The notes beneath the pieces are model-generated. The model was not told the DNA's origin. It searched no databases and was given only the letters and a program-made list of their open reading frames with translations. Shown piece by piece: positions 18,411 through 29,077 of a DNA stretch of 64,000 nucleotides. Position 1 is the stretch's first letter. Every line of letters starts with the position of its first letter. The position numbers were made by a program, and so were the translations under genes. Origin of the DNA: Thermodesulfobacteriota bacterium (GTDB taxonomy: Bacteria > Desulfobacterota_D > UBA1144 > Nemesobacterales > UBA2774); contig OY729416.1 of NCBI GenBank assembly GCA_963422265.1, positions 384,001 through 448,000 on the forward strand, read 5' to 3'.

Positions 18411-20124
18411 ATTTCGCCTTTAGCCAATTGCTAAGTTCGTCTAATTCCAAAGTGTTTAATACCGACTTTTTCTCCACCCAGCCTCTTCTAGCCGTGCCAA
18501 CCCCGTATTTCATAAAATCAAGCTGGTTTGGATAATGAGAGTCGGTCGATATTATTATTTTCACTCCAGCCTCTATGGCTTTTCTTACGTGGAGGTCTTT
18601 TAGGTCTAGCCTCTTGTAAGAGGAGTTGATTTCAAGAGCTTTTCTATGTTTAAGAGCAGTTTCAATTACCCTGTCCATATCCACCATGTAAGGCTCTCGT
18701 CTATTAATTAGTCTTCCAGTCGGATGTCCCAGGGCGTGTACGTATGGATTTTTAAGCGCTCTTACTATTCGTTCAGTCATAGCGTCTTTATCCATCTTAA
18801 ACCCACTGTGCACAGATGCTATAACTACGTCTAGCTCTTTTAATATCTCATCAGGATAATCAAGCGTTCCATCGCTTCTTATATCCACTTCAGAACCCAT
18901 AAAAATCTTTATTCCATCGAGCCTTTTGTCTATGCTTTTAAGCTCCTTCCTTTTTTCATAAAGTCTTTGTGCGGAGAGTCCATTCGCTATTCTAGAAGAG
19001 GGTGAGTGATCAGTAATTGCAATGTATTCGTATCCGCGCTCAATCGCGCTCATAGCCATCTCTTCAATGGTCGCCTTGCCATCGCTCCAAGCAGAATGAG
19101 TATGTAGATCACCTTTTATATCGTTGAGTTTGACAAGGTTAGGTAGCCTGTCCTTAATCGCCGCTTCTATTTCACCTCTGTCTTCCCTCAGCTCAGGCGC
19201 GATAATGGGGAGCCCTATTGCTTTATAAACGTCTTTTTCAAACTTGCCAGCGATTATTTTGCCGTCTTGATAGACGCCGTGTTCATTTATTCTGATCCCC
19301 TCTTTTGCAGCGAGAGTTCTAATTCTCGCGTTGTGCGCATGGGAACTAGAAAAATACTGGAGCGCCGCACCGTAGGAATCTGGGTTGCATACGTGGAGGT
19401 TAACCTGAACGCCATCTCCTGTAATTATGCTGACCCCAGCGCTACCTGACGCAATTGCTTCCCTTACAAAAGACATCTCTGTGAAGGACTTGGCTGTTTT
19501 CTCCGCATCGTCCGCAATAGTTAGTATATCAATATCGCTTACGGTCTCTTTCATCCTTCTAAGTGCTCCCACTATAACAGTCTGTTGGGTTCCAGGAATA
19601 CTCTCTATACCTTTTGCTATTTGCTCAGCGAGAGGCAGAGCAATCCCTAGCAGCACGCGCCCTTCGCTCTCTTTCAATAGTTCAATCCCTCTCTTTATAT
19701 CCTTGATTTTCTTTTCTCCGAAGCCCTTGAGGTTAAGAATTTCTTTACTATCTAGCACCTTTTCAAGGTCTCTAAGACTCCTTACTCCTTTGTGTTTATA
19801 TAAGAGTGAAAGCGTCTTGGCACCAAGACCGTTAATTTTCAATAAATCAACTAGCTCTGTAGGGACTTTGTCTCTTAGCTTTTCATATTCTTTTATATTT
19901 CCCGTTTCTATGTGCTCCCTTATTTTATTGGCTAGGTCCTTTCCAACGCCTGGTATTTTCGCGAGGTCGTCTTTCTCAATCCTTCGCTCAATTTCTTCAT
20001 TTAGTTCAAGTATGTTTAACGCAGCCGTTCTATATGACCTTATTCTGAAGGGGTTCTCATCAAGTATGCTCAGCATGTCTGCAATACACCCAAATACTTT
20101 TGCTATTTCGTTGTTTTTGTTCAC
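18403..20124 (-). CDS. polX: DNA polymerase X / PHP domain protein with a non-canonical polymerase site
   Basis: ENPFRIRSY, HhH motifs, LRRMKETVSDIDIL, PELRED; PHP motifs DLHTHS, TDHS, SEVDI, GHPTGR, TDSH. Confidence 0.95.
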   Translation of the reverse strand: MNKNNEIAKVFGCIADMLSILDENPFRIRSYRTAALNILELNEEIERRIEKDDLAKIPGVGKDLANKIREHIETGNIKEYEKLRDKVPTELVDLLKINGLGAKTLSLLYKHKGVRSLRDLEKVLDSKEILNLKGFGEKKIKDIKRGIELLKESEGRVLLGIALPLAEQIAKGIESIPGTQQTVIVGALRRMKETVSDIDILTIADDAEKTAKSFTEMSFVREAIASGSAGVSIITGDGVQVNLHVCNPDSYGAALQYFSSSHAHNARIRTLAAKEGIRINEHGVYQDGKIIAGKFEKDVYKAIGLPIIAPELREDRGEIEAAIKDRLPNLVKLNDIKGDLHTHSAWSDGKATIEEMAMSAIERGYEYIAITDHSPSSRIANGLSAQRLYEKRKELKSIDKRLDGIKIFMGSEVDIRSDGTLDYPDEILKELDVVIASVHSGFKMDKDAMTERIVRALKNPYVHALGHPTGRLINRREPYMVDMDRVIETALKHRKALEINSSYKRLDLKDLHVRKAIEAGVKIIISTDSHYPNQLDFMKYGVGTARRGWVEKKSVLNTLELDELSNWLKAKYV

Positions 20125-20257
20125 AAGCGGTTTCCCCCCCTCCTATAAGCTATAAAGAATAATAACAAGCTAGCACGTGAAGCTTAGTAGAAAAGATAAT
20201 AATTTCTTGTCGTCGTTGGAACTCGTTTTATAGAAGTAGCAGGGTAACACCTCTTGA

Positions 20258-22015
20258 TCACTGGATAGATGCGGTTTGTAATTCCGATGAGTACTGCTCG
20301 ATGCCGGTAAATATTCCTTCTGCTAAACGGTCTATGTAATCTGTGTTTTTTAACCTTTTTTCATCTCGTGGATTACTAATGAATGACGTTTCAACTAATA
20401 TGCTAGGTATGTCAGCCCCTATCAATACTATAAATGGTGCCTTTTTTACTCCTTTGTTTTGAACGGGTTTATATCTTCTGGATACTTCGTTGACGAGAGA
20501 ATTCTGAACGTATCCGGCAAAACGCTCTGACTCATCGATTTTAGCACTTAACAGGTATTTTTGGAGAACGTTTTTCAGGTCGCTTCTTGATATTCTAGTA
20601 GAAGCATTTTCTCGCGCGGCGACTGCAAGCGAGCGTTGATCGTCAGTAAAGCTCAGCACGTAAGTCTCAATCCCTGAGGCTTTCTTATCTCTCGCAGCGT
20701 TGCAGTGGATTGATATAAAGAGATCAGCTCCAAGCTTTTTAGCTATTCCCGTCCTCTCCTCGAGTGGAATAAACTTGTCCGAGTTTCTGGTCAAATATAT
20801 TTTCTCTATTCCTAGATTTTTTCTGTCCCTGTCCAGTTTTTTCTTGAGAGCTTTTGCAATTTTTAAGTTTATGTCTTTCTCTTTAAGACCGGATGGACCT
20901 ATTGCTCCAGGATCGTGACCACCATGTCCAGGGTCAATCACAACAGTCTTGATTTTCAAGCCGAGTGCTTTTGATAGAGATGACACTTTGTCTTGTGGAA
21001 GTTTAGGTGGGTATTTATAGGCGTTTTGACCGTTGCTTTTTGAAAGGAGCATCTTTTCATCTCCGTGTATGTCCATTACAATCCTAAAAGGTTCTTGAAG
21101 AGCAAAAACCTTGTAGTTATCGAAACTCTTAATATAGAGAACAACCCTTACTTTATTATGTGTGTTCCTTGCAAACTTGATCTGTTCAAGAAGTCCTTTG
21201 GTAATAGGTTCTACATACATATCGTCGTTTACTCTCGTGTCGTTAATATCTACAAATAGTCGGAGTGGTTTTCCGATAGAGGGATCGGGCTTTAGGAGTT
21301 TAGGGTAAAACGTCGCTTCTTTATCCAGGTGTATTACTACCCTTGTAAAGTTATTAGTTGACCAGTGGCGTATTTTGTTGACGCTGGTTAATCTGCTTTT
21401 TGATCTAGGACTGGGCTTTGCATCACCGTGTCTTTTACTTGGCTTAAAGGGCGTGAGTTCCTGTATTTTATGCTCGGCTATGGGTTTCATATCGGCATTT
21501 TGGAAATCGGAGACTATTTTCTTGTATTCAATATAAGCTCCTGGCTTGCTACGTTTTTCAATAATTCTCGCCACTCTCAATTGCGCATCATCCGCAAGAC
21601 TGTTGTCCGGATACTTCCTTATAAATAGCCTTGAGTACTCAACCGACCTATCTAAATCATCCTGCGACTTAAACCTCTCTCCCATTTCTTCATACATCTT
21701 GGCTGAAATAAATAGCGAGTCAGGGGCTTTTTTAGCTTTAGGGGAGTTTTTGTATATGCTGTAGAACGCTATGGCAATTATCTCCCATATCTTTTTATCT
21801 CGGACTTTTTTTGAATCCGCTGCTAAGTTTTTATAAAGCTGGAGGGTTTCAGAATATAAGTTCTCGCTGAGATCCTGGGCATTGGAATCTAGAATGGAGA
21901 AGGATAACCCTAAAATTAATAAGATAGCTGTGAAATGAAACTTCTTTATACTCACTGTAAAGTTATATAATTTTTTGGATATTAGCAAGCCGCTTTTTAT
22001 AGATAACTTTAACAT
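20258..22015 (-). CDS. amiC: N-acetylmuramoyl-L-alanine amidase (TPR-like + AMIN + Amidase_3)
   Basis: IDPGHGGHDPGA, EKDINL, LEER, ISIHCNA, VETSFISN. True start may be downstream (e.g. GTG ~21955, before a signal-like stretch). Confidence 0.9.
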   Translation of the reverse strand: MLKLSIKSGLLISKKLYNFTVSIKKFHFTAILLILGLSFSILDSNAQDLSENLYSETLQLYKNLAADSKKVRDKKIWEIIAIAFYSIYKNSPKAKKAPDSLFISAKMYEEMGERFKSQDDLDRSVEYSRLFIRKYPDNSLADDAQLRVARIIEKRSKPGAYIEYKKIVSDFQNADMKPIAEHKIQELTPFKPSKRHGDAKPSPRSKSRLTSVNKIRHWSTNNFTRVVIHLDKEATFYPKLLKPDPSIGKPLRLFVDINDTRVNDDMYVEPITKGLLEQIKFARNTHNKVRVVLYIKSFDNYKVFALQEPFRIVMDIHGDEKMLLSKSNGQNAYKYPPKLPQDKVSSLSKALGLKIKTVVIDPGHGGHDPGAIGPSGLKEKDINLKIAKALKKKLDRDRKNLGIEKIYLTRNSDKFIPLEERTGIAKKLGADLFISIHCNAARDKKASGIETYVLSFTDDQRSLAVAARENASTRISRSDLKNVLQKYLLSAKIDESERFAGYVQNSLVNEVSRRYKPVQNKGVKKAPFIVLIGADIPSILVETSFISNPRDEKRLKNTDYIDRLAEGIFTGIEQYSSELQTASIQ

Positions 22016-22051
22016 TCTACCAAAACTTTTATAGTTTGAAAGCTCTATTTT

Positions 22052-22080
22052 TTGAAATGATAGCTACTTAGTGATAAATT
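22052..22080 (+). promoter_or_regulatory. Sigma70-type extended -10 promoter for the PhnP-like gene
   Basis: TTGAAA-17 bp-TAAATT, with TG at the extended -10 position; 7 nt upstream of ATG 22088. Confidence 0.55.
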
Positions 22081-22087
22081 TGCTTTA

Positions 22088-22855
22088 ATGAAGGTTGTCA
22101 TACTCGGTTGCGCAACGTCAACTGGAGTGCCTATTGTGGGTTGTAATTGCCCTGTTTGCCTATCTACAAATCCTAAAAATAAAAGGACGCGATGCTCCTT
22201 ATTTGTAAAGGTTAAAGGCAGGAATCTGCTAATTGATACTTCAACCGATTTAAGATTGCAGGCGTTAAGGCATGGAGTAACAAGGGTAGATGCTGTGCTT
22301 TACACTCATTCACACGCTGACCATACTCACGGTATTGATGAGCTGAGGGTCTATAATTTTGTAAATAAGGCAGTAATCCCGTGTTTTGGGAATAAGAAGA
22401 CTGTTTCTAATATTGAGAATAACTTTCGATATATTTTCGATAGAGTCGCACCTACCGGAGGCAAGCCTAAAATTGAAATGAACATTGTATCTGGACAGTT
22501 TGATTTTCATGGCATAACAGTACTGCCCGTTGATATATATCATGCGAGTTGGACTATTCTTGGCTATAGGATAGGTGGAATGGCGTACCTGACTGATTGC
22601 AGTGGTATTCCTGAAGAATCGTTTGAAAAACTAAAGGAACTTGATCTTCTAATAGTTAGCGCGCTTAGATATAGATCGCATGCGGCCCACTTTAACGTTG
22701 AACAGGCTATCGAGATTGCGCACAGAATAAACCCTGAGCTTACAGTATTCACCCACATGGGGCACGAGATTGATTATGACTATTTATCAAGCACTCTTCC
22801 CACAGGTATTGTCCCAGCTTATGACGGAATGATTATAGGGCTTGATGATCCTTAA
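22088..22855 (+). CDS. PhnP/YycJ-like metallo-beta-lactamase-fold hydrolase
   Basis: LGCATSTGVP..GC.C.VC, THSHADH, YLTD, THMGH, AYDG. Confidence 0.92.
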   Translation: MKVVILGCATSTGVPIVGCNCPVCLSTNPKNKRTRCSLFVKVKGRNLLIDTSTDLRLQALRHGVTRVDAVLYTHSHADHTHGIDELRVYNFVNKAVIPCFGNKKTVSNIENNFRYIFDRVAPTGGKPKIEMNIVSGQFDFHGITVLPVDIYHASWTILGYRIGGMAYLTDCSGIPEESFEKLKELDLLIVSALRYRSHAAHFNVEQAIEIAHRINPELTVFTHMGHEIDYDYLSSTLPTGIVPAYDGMIIGLDDP

Positions 22856-22895
22856 ATTTTAGATTATCAAGGTTAGTATTAGTTGGAGGATAGAG

Positions 22896-24119
22896 ATGAA
22901 GGACTTTGTTAAAGAGCTGGCTCGACAAAATAATACTAAGATCGTGTTATGCGTTCTGGATGGTTTAGGCGGGCTTCCTCAGGGGGGCAAAACAGAGCTT
23001 GAGGTCGCATATACGCCTAATCTTGACAAGCTAGCGGAGAGTGGCGCATGTGGTCACCATATACCTGTTGCGGTAGGAATTACGCCCGGAAGCGGCGCCG
23101 CCCATCTTGGATTATTTGGTTATGATCCCCTCAAATATGAGATAGGTCGCGGAGTGCTTGAAGCTCTTGGGCTCGGTATAAGTCTTACCTCCAATGATAT
23201 AGCAGTAAGAGGCAATTTCGCCACGGTTAGATACGAAGGGAATGCGCCCATCGTGGTTGATAGGAGGGCGGGAAGGATTCCCACTGAAGAGAACGTAAGG
23301 ATAGTATTAAAAATTACCCAAGAGATTCAGGAGATTGACGGGATAAAAGTGAATATGACTTCTGGTATGGAACATAGGTCGGCTATTGTCTTTACTTTTC
23401 CTGAGCCAATCTCAGAGAGAGAGATTGTTATAAATGACACTGATCCTCAAACTGCGGGTAGAAGTCCAGTTCCTCTTGTTGGGCATGGACCAGAAGCCAG
23501 TAAGGTCGCTAGCGTCATGGCTAAATTCGTTGACTGGGTAGCCGAAATTTTGAGGGAAGAAGAGAGAGCAAATTACTTATTGTTAAGAGGTGTAGCTACT
23601 TATCCAAGTTTGATTTCCTATTACGATGCCTATGGACTCAGGGCATCGTGTATTGCAGTATATCCTATGTATAAGGGTGTCTCAAAGTTGGTGGGCATGG
23701 ACGTTCTTGAAGTCGATGATGAATCTATCAAGGGTGAAATAGATACGCTGAAAAGCAACTTTAATGATTATGACTTTTTCTATCTACACGTAAAAAAGAC
23801 TGATAGTTACGGCGAGGATGGGAATTTTAACGCAAAGGTAAAGGTGATTGAAGAGTTCGACGGCTTAGTCCCGGATATATTAGAGCTGAATCCGGATGTT
23901 TTTGTTGTAACTGGTGATCACTCTACGCCGGCTACGATGAAAGGTCACAGTTGGCATACGGTTCCTGTCCTAATTAGGTCTTCCTTAGCTAGAGGGTCGG
24001 GGACGGCAACCTTTTCCGAGATAGAGTGTCTTAAGGGTGAGCTTGGCACTTTCCATGCGGTTGACTTAATAACTCTTATGCTAGCTCATGCGGAAAGGCT
24101 CCAGAAATACGGGGCTTAA
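22896..24119 (+). CDS. apgM: Cofactor-independent phosphoglycerate mutase, archaeal-type
   Basis: LDGLGG, TPNLD, TPGSG, GRGVLEALG, DRRAGR, KKTDSYGEDG, TGDHSTP, HSWH. Confidence 0.92.
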   Translation: MKDFVKELARQNNTKIVLCVLDGLGGLPQGGKTELEVAYTPNLDKLAESGACGHHIPVAVGITPGSGAAHLGLFGYDPLKYEIGRGVLEALGLGISLTSNDIAVRGNFATVRYEGNAPIVVDRRAGRIPTEENVRIVLKITQEIQEIDGIKVNMTSGMEHRSAIVFTFPEPISEREIVINDTDPQTAGRSPVPLVGHGPEASKVASVMAKFVDWVAEILREEERANYLLLRGVATYPSLISYYDAYGLRASCIAVYPMYKGVSKLVGMDVLEVDDESIKGEIDTLKSNFNDYDFFYLHVKKTDSYGEDGNFNAKVKVIEEFDGLVPDILELNPDVFVVTGDHSTPATMKGHSWHTVPVLIRSSLARGSGTATFSEIECLKGELGTFHAVDLITLMLAHAERLQKYGA

Positions 24120-24185
24120 AACTGGATTTATAGCTCTTGAAGCTAAAGGCTTTTGTGGTAGTCTTTAATTAATTTCGTATTAAGA

Positions 24186-24270
24186 GCCGAAGTGGTGGAA
24201 TTGGCAGACACGCAGTCTTGAGGGGGCTGTGCCTTAGGGTGTGCGGGTTCGACTCCCGCCTTCGGCACCA
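24186..24270 (+). tRNA. tRNA-Leu(GAG)
   Basis: Acceptor GCCGAAG/CTTCGGC, anticodon arm CAGTC-TTGAGGG-GGCTG, long variable arm, ends ACCA. Confidence 0.95.
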
Positions 24271-24333
24271 TTTATTCAATATATGCGTATGTTTCCCCCC
24301 TCACGCTGAGCTTCAACTCGCTCTTTTTGCACC

Positions 24334-24942
24334 TTAATCAAGCTCTCTCAGTATTGATTCAGCTTTATCATCTTGTCCCAATCTCTCATAAGCCATAGCC
24401 ATGTGAAGCTTAGCCTGCTTATGAAGGAGGGTTTCTGTTTGAGCGTCAAGTTTAGATAAATAATCTATTGCCTGCATCCATTTTTCTTGATTAAAACTTG
24501 CCAGCCCTTGGGTTAGGATTGCCGATTGAGTGAGTTTGGGTTGATTCACGCTAGATTTTAGAAAAGCATCTAACGTGGTAATTGAATCATCGTATTTACC
24601 TATTTGGTAATTTACAACGCCCGAATAATAAATAGCTATTTGAGAGATTTTCTCGTCCGGGTATTGGTCAACTACGGATTGAAAACCTGCCAAAGCGTCT
24701 TCTTCATTGCCAGCATTGAGATTTTCTACTGCTCTGTTGAGTAACGAGTTTGCTTCAGATTCCCTTTCTGCTGAAGATAGGCTTATAACGTATGCCACGA
24801 TAATAATAACTATTACTATGCCAACGATAGCCGCAATTTTATTGAAATGGTTTGCTATGTGTTCTACCGCTCTGGCTATAGCCCGAGTGAATCTATCAGG
24901 CTGCTTCAGCTCTTTTTCCGTGTATTTTATATTTTCTGTCAT
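24334..24942 (-). CDS. Membrane-anchored TPR protein (YfgM-like)
   Basis: KELKQPDRF N-terminal motif, a single TM helix, then TPR-like helical repeats. Confidence 0.8.
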   Translation of the reverse strand: MTENIKYTEKELKQPDRFTRAIARAVEHIANHFNKIAAIVGIVIVIIIVAYVISLSSAERESEANSLLNRAVENLNAGNEEDALAGFQSVVDQYPDEKISQIAIYYSGVVNYQIGKYDDSITTLDAFLKSSVNQPKLTQSAILTQGLASFNQEKWMQAIDYLSKLDAQTETLLHKQAKLHMAMAYERLGQDDKAESILRELD

Positions 24943-25056
24943 CGGAAGGTGATTATAATCAGACGTTATAGAAATACAAATGGGAATTTCACTTTAAATT
25001 CTTATGTGGACATATATATTGCAGTTCGGGTTCAATTAAGATAAGCTTTTCTAATA

Positions 25057-26508
25057 ATGAGAGCCTTGATACGAGCTATTACGCTTGTTTTTATTGCCTT
25101 ATCCTTCATGGGACTCTTTCTAAGCCGAGCAGAAAGTGAAAAACAATCTGAGAACGGTCATAATATAGCTTCAGACAGTAGTGATTATAATCAACGTCCC
25201 GGGGAGATCGTGGTCGTGGAGATTAATGGCACTATCAATCCTGCGACGCTTGACTACATTCGCACGGGGCTGGATGCTGCAAAGGATAAAAACGCCGAGG
25301 CGTTAGTTATTTTGCTAGATACGCCGGGAGGCCTTCTTAGTTCAACAAAAGAGATAGTTAAGCTCATCCTAGGCTCATCCATACCGGTTGTGGTTTACGT
25401 ATCTCCTAGTGGAGCCTCGGCGACGTCCGCCGGGGTTTTTATCACTCTCTCAGCTAACATAGCGGCTATGGCGCCCGGAACTAGCATTGGGGCGGCTCAT
25501 CCTGTAACTCTGGGTCCGGAAGGTAATCAACGGAAGAAAAAAATTCCAGAAGAGTCTAAGAGCAGTGGCAGAGAAAAATCTGGAGACAAAACGGAAAATA
25601 CAGATCAACGCGCGCAGCGAGACGTGATGAATGAAAAAATAGAGAATTATGCTTCTTCATTTATCCAGAGTATCGCCGAGCAGAGAGGAAGGAACGTCGA
25701 GTGGGCAAATTTAGCCGTTAGAGAGAGCTCTTCTATTACGGCAAACGAGGCGCTTAGGTTGCAGGTGATTGATCTCATCTCACCTGATCTGGGCACGCTC
25801 ATCAACGAGATTGACGGTCGTGGGGTAAAGCTCTCTCGGGGAGATAAAACGCTCAGAACTAAAGGGACGTCGATATCTAGGGTTGAAATGAGCGCCAAGC
25901 AACAACTGATTAATATTTTGAGTACTCCAGACATCGCATTTTTGTTGCTATCGTTGGGTTCGCTGGGTCTATTGCTTGAGTTCTATAATCCGGGCCTAAT
26001 TTTTCCGGGAGTTACTGGGGTCGTTTGTCTTCTTATGGGATTCGTATCGCTTCAGATTCTCGCGTTTAACCATGCTGGCCTCGTCTTGCTGCTTTTAGCT
26101 ATTGGGCTTTTCGTTACAGAGGTTTATGTAACCAGTTATGGGCTTCTGAGCCTTGGAGGTATTATAAGTTTTGCCCTCGGGGCATTGCTTCTATTTGACA
26201 CCCCCGAATCAGACGTAAGGGTAAGCTTTGACGTAGTAATAGCCTCTACGTTGGCAATGGGACTGTTTTTTGCATACGTAGCCTATTATTTGGCTAAATC
26301 CCAAAAACTCTCTCCACAGCTAGGCTTTGAAGGACTCAAAGGAGAAGAAGGCGAGGCGTTCTCTGAAGTTAATAAAGAAGGTAAGGTATTCATAATGGGT
26401 GAATATTGGGACGCCGAGAGCGATGAACTCATTTCCAAAGGTGATAAAATCAAGGTTATAAAATACGTCAAAGGTCTTAAAGTGAGAGTAAAGAAGATTG
26501 ACGTCTAA
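25057..26508 (+). CDS. nfeD: Long-form NfeD (ClpP-class membrane serine protease + TM domain + OB fold)
   Basis: LDTPGG, ATSAG, MAPGTSIGAAHPV, multiple TM helices, GEYWDA; adjacent to a stomatin gene. Confidence 0.92.
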   Translation: MRALIRAITLVFIALSFMGLFLSRAESEKQSENGHNIASDSSDYNQRPGEIVVVEINGTINPATLDYIRTGLDAAKDKNAEALVILLDTPGGLLSSTKEIVKLILGSSIPVVVYVSPSGASATSAGVFITLSANIAAMAPGTSIGAAHPVTLGPEGNQRKKKIPEESKSSGREKSGDKTENTDQRAQRDVMNEKIENYASSFIQSIAEQRGRNVEWANLAVRESSSITANEALRLQVIDLISPDLGTLINEIDGRGVKLSRGDKTLRTKGTSISRVEMSAKQQLINILSTPDIAFLLLSLGSLGLLLEFYNPGLIFPGVTGVVCLLMGFVSLQILAFNHAGLVLLLLAIGLFVTEVYVTSYGLLSLGGIISFALGALLLFDTPESDVRVSFDVVIASTLAMGLFFAYVAYYLAKSQKLSPQLGFEGLKGEEGEAFSEVNKEGKVFIMGEYWDAESDELISKGDKIKVIKYVKGLKVRVKKIDV

Positions 26509-26532
26509 GAATCTTAGGAGGTGCTACTAAAC

Positions 26533-27339
26533 ATGTTTTCAACATTATTTATCTTCGTATCGATTATCGTGATACTTATACTTTCGGGGGTCAGAATCCT
26601 TAACGAATATGAGAGAGGCGTTGTTTTCAGGTTGGGAAGAATTGTATTGCCCAAGGGTCCTGGGTTCAAGTGGATTATCCCCGCAGTGGATAAAATGACC
26701 AAGATAAGTCTGAGGCTCATTACAATGGACGTTCCTCCTCAAGACGTGATAACAAAGGACAACGTATCTGTTAAGGTCAATGCGGTGGTCTATTTCCGAG
26801 TAGTTGAACCCACAAAGGCGGTCATTCAGGTAGAGAACTATCTATACGCGACTTCGCAGCTTGCTCAGACTACGCTGAGAAGCGTTTTGGGGCAGGTTGA
26901 GCTTGATGAGCTATTAGCGGAAAGAGAAAAGCTTAACGTCAAGCTCCAGGAGGTTTTAGATAAGCAGACGGACGCCTGGGGAATAAAGGTAACGCTGGTT
27001 GAGCTTAAATACGTAGATCTGCCTGAGGATATGAAACAGATAATGGCGCGTCAGGCTGAAGCCGAAAGAGAGAGGAGGGCTAAGGTGATTAGTGCGGAGG
27101 GAGAGTTTCAGGCAGCGACCAAACTGTCTGAGGCATCTGATATTCTCTCTAGAAATCCAATGGCGCTTCAGCTAAGGTTTCTTCAAACTCTAACTGAGAT
27201 GTCAAGTAACCAGACCTCTACCATAGTTTTCCCTCTGCCCCTTGATTTATTGAAACCGTTTTTTGAAAACGCAGCCAAAGTTACAGCGGCGAGCAGCGAG
27301 TCAGACAATGGAAAAGATCAGAAGGGAATCCAGAGTTGA
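26533..27339 (+). CDS. Stomatin/slipin (SPFH) family protein
   Basis: [48 protein letters not shown] favours ATG 26533 over GTG 26521. Confidence 0.95.
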   Translation: MFSTLFIFVSIIVILILSGVRILNEYERGVVFRLGRIVLPKGPGFKWIIPAVDKMTKISLRLITMDVPPQDVITKDNVSVKVNAVVYFRVVEPTKAVIQVENYLYATSQLAQTTLRSVLGQVELDELLAEREKLNVKLQEVLDKQTDAWGIKVTLVELKYVDLPEDMKQIMARQAEAERERRAKVISAEGEFQAATKLSEASDILSRNPMALQLRFLQTLTEMSSNQTSTIVFPLPLDLLKPFFENAAKVTAASSESDNGKDQKGIQS

Positions 27340-29000
27340 CGAGATATTGTATTCTGAAAGTATTGAACGTAATTCTTTTATCCACTCTAATGGCGTGTGG
27401 CTCGGTGGATCACAAAGAAAAGGAGAGGTTAACGTCCGAGACTAAACAGTCTGCCTTTTCTAAGTTTGATATGGAACCTAAAGGTGGAGGACAGTTAATT
27501 ATTCGCCTAAGTGCAGAGCCCGCGACGCTGAACCCAATTACGGCTACAGACGCGTACGAAAATAGGGTAAACAGCGGTAATGTTTACGAAACCCTAATAG
27601 AGAGAGATAATAAAACGCTTGAGCTAAAACCTTTGCTTGCAGAGTCTTGGAAGGTTTCGGAGGATAAGCTTACCTATACGTTCAAGATTAAAGAAGGGGT
27701 AAAATGGCACGACGGGGCACCATTTACTTCTGAAGATATAGTTTTCTCATATAAGACTATAATGGATCCGCTGGTTGACTCCCCTCAGTTGAGATCTTAT
27801 TACCAGGAGATCAGGGACGTACGGGTTATAGATAGGCACACCGTCGAATTCATTTACGCAAGACCCTATTTTCTTGCACTTGAGTTCTGTGGTGGAATTC
27901 CTATTGTTCCCAAACATGTATTTGAGAGAGGTGATTTTAATACCAACCCCGCGGGTAGGAATCCAATTGGAACGGGACCTTATAAATTCGTTAAATGGAC
28001 TACTGGAAGGGAAATCGTCCTTGAAAGAAATCCTAATTACTGGGGTAAGAAACCTAGTCTATACAAGATAGTATTCAGGATAATTACGAACTCTTCCGTG
28101 GCGCTTCAAGTATTGAAGCGCCAGGAACTTGACGTCGCGGGACTAACGCCTATCCAGTGGGCAAGGCAAACAGGATCACACAGTTTTCAGGAAAATTTCA
28201 GTAAGTTCAGCTACTTCACCCCTAACTATAGCTACATAGGGTGGAACTTAACCAAACCGTATTTCTCCGACAAACGAGTAAGGACTGCACTTACTCACCT
28301 TATCAATAGAGAACTGGTACTAGACAAAGTTCTTTACAATCTAGGTAGCGTGGTTACAAATCCATTTTATATAAAAAGTAAAGAGTACAATGGCTCGATT
28401 AAACCGCTCCCTTATGATGTTGAGACTGCAAAAAGGTTGCTTGAAGAAGCGGGCTGGATAGACAGGGATCGGGATGGGATAAGGGATAAGGACGGAGTTA
28501 AATTCGCGTTTGAGTTTTTAATACCCGTAGATTATGAGATTGGGGAGAAAGTAGCTACCATCCTAAAGGAAGAGCTTGATCGGGTGGGAATAAAGATGGA
28601 TATACGTAAGACGGAGTGGCCAGTTTTTACTACGAGGCTTAACGAAAGAACGTTTGACGCAGTTACTCTTGCCTGGTCCATGGGCGTTGAGTCAGATCCT
28701 TACCAGATATGGAGTTCTACCCAGGCTGAGAAAGGCTCAAACTTTGTCGGGTTCAAAAGTGATGAGTCGGATAGATTGATGGAGGAAGCTAGAAAAGAAT
28801 TCGACATAGAAAAAAGAATTGAACTCTATAAAAAATTCTCGAAAATTATTCACGAAGAACAGCCTTATACATTTCTGTTTGCCAGAAAATCGACGGTTGC
28901 AATACATAAAAGATTTGAAAACGTAAACGTTTATCCTCTGGGAATAGATTTTCGTGAATGGCGCGTAACATCTCCAAAGTCAGATACAAACTTACCCTAG
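27336..29000 (+). CDS. Peptide ABC transporter substrate-binding lipoprotein (family 5)
   Basis: Lipobox LMAC, LAESW, WHDG.PFT..D, PIGTGPY, D.RVR.AL. Confidence 0.93.
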   Translation: MTRYCILKVLNVILLSTLMACGSVDHKEKERLTSETKQSAFSKFDMEPKGGGQLIIRLSAEPATLNPITATDAYENRVNSGNVYETLIERDNKTLELKPLLAESWKVSEDKLTYTFKIKEGVKWHDGAPFTSEDIVFSYKTIMDPLVDSPQLRSYYQEIRDVRVIDRHTVEFIYARPYFLALEFCGGIPIVPKHVFERGDFNTNPAGRNPIGTGPYKFVKWTTGREIVLERNPNYWGKKPSLYKIVFRIITNSSVALQVLKRQELDVAGLTPIQWARQTGSHSFQENFSKFSYFTPNYSYIGWNLTKPYFSDKRVRTALTHLINRELVLDKVLYNLGSVVTNPFYIKSKEYNGSIKPLPYDVETAKRLLEEAGWIDRDRDGIRDKDGVKFAFEFLIPVDYEIGEKVATILKEELDRVGIKMDIRKTEWPVFTTRLNERTFDAVTLAWSMGVESDPYQIWSSTQAEKGSNFVGFKSDESDRLMEEARKEFDIEKRIELYKKFSKIIHEEQPYTFLFARKSTVAIHKRFENVNVYPLGIDFREWRVTSPKSDTNLP

Positions 29001-29024
29001 GATTATCATCTTCATAGGTATTGT

Positions 29025-29049
29025 TACTAGCAGGCGCGGGTTGCTAGTA
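29025..29049 (+). promoter_or_regulatory. Intergenic stem-loop after the substrate-binding gene (possible mRNA-stabilising hairpin)
   Basis: TACTAGCA-N9-TGCTAGTA perfect 8-bp inverted repeat with no immediate U-tract. Confidence 0.45.
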
Positions 29050-29077
29050 GTGATCTTTTAGTTTTGCTTAAAATAAT

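Noticed and set aside
19427..20155. Long antisense ORFs (also 30654-31316, 7979-8476, 49940-50404 and others)
   Set aside because: They shadow well-supported genes on the opposite strand and have low-information Ser/Leu/Ile-rich composition.
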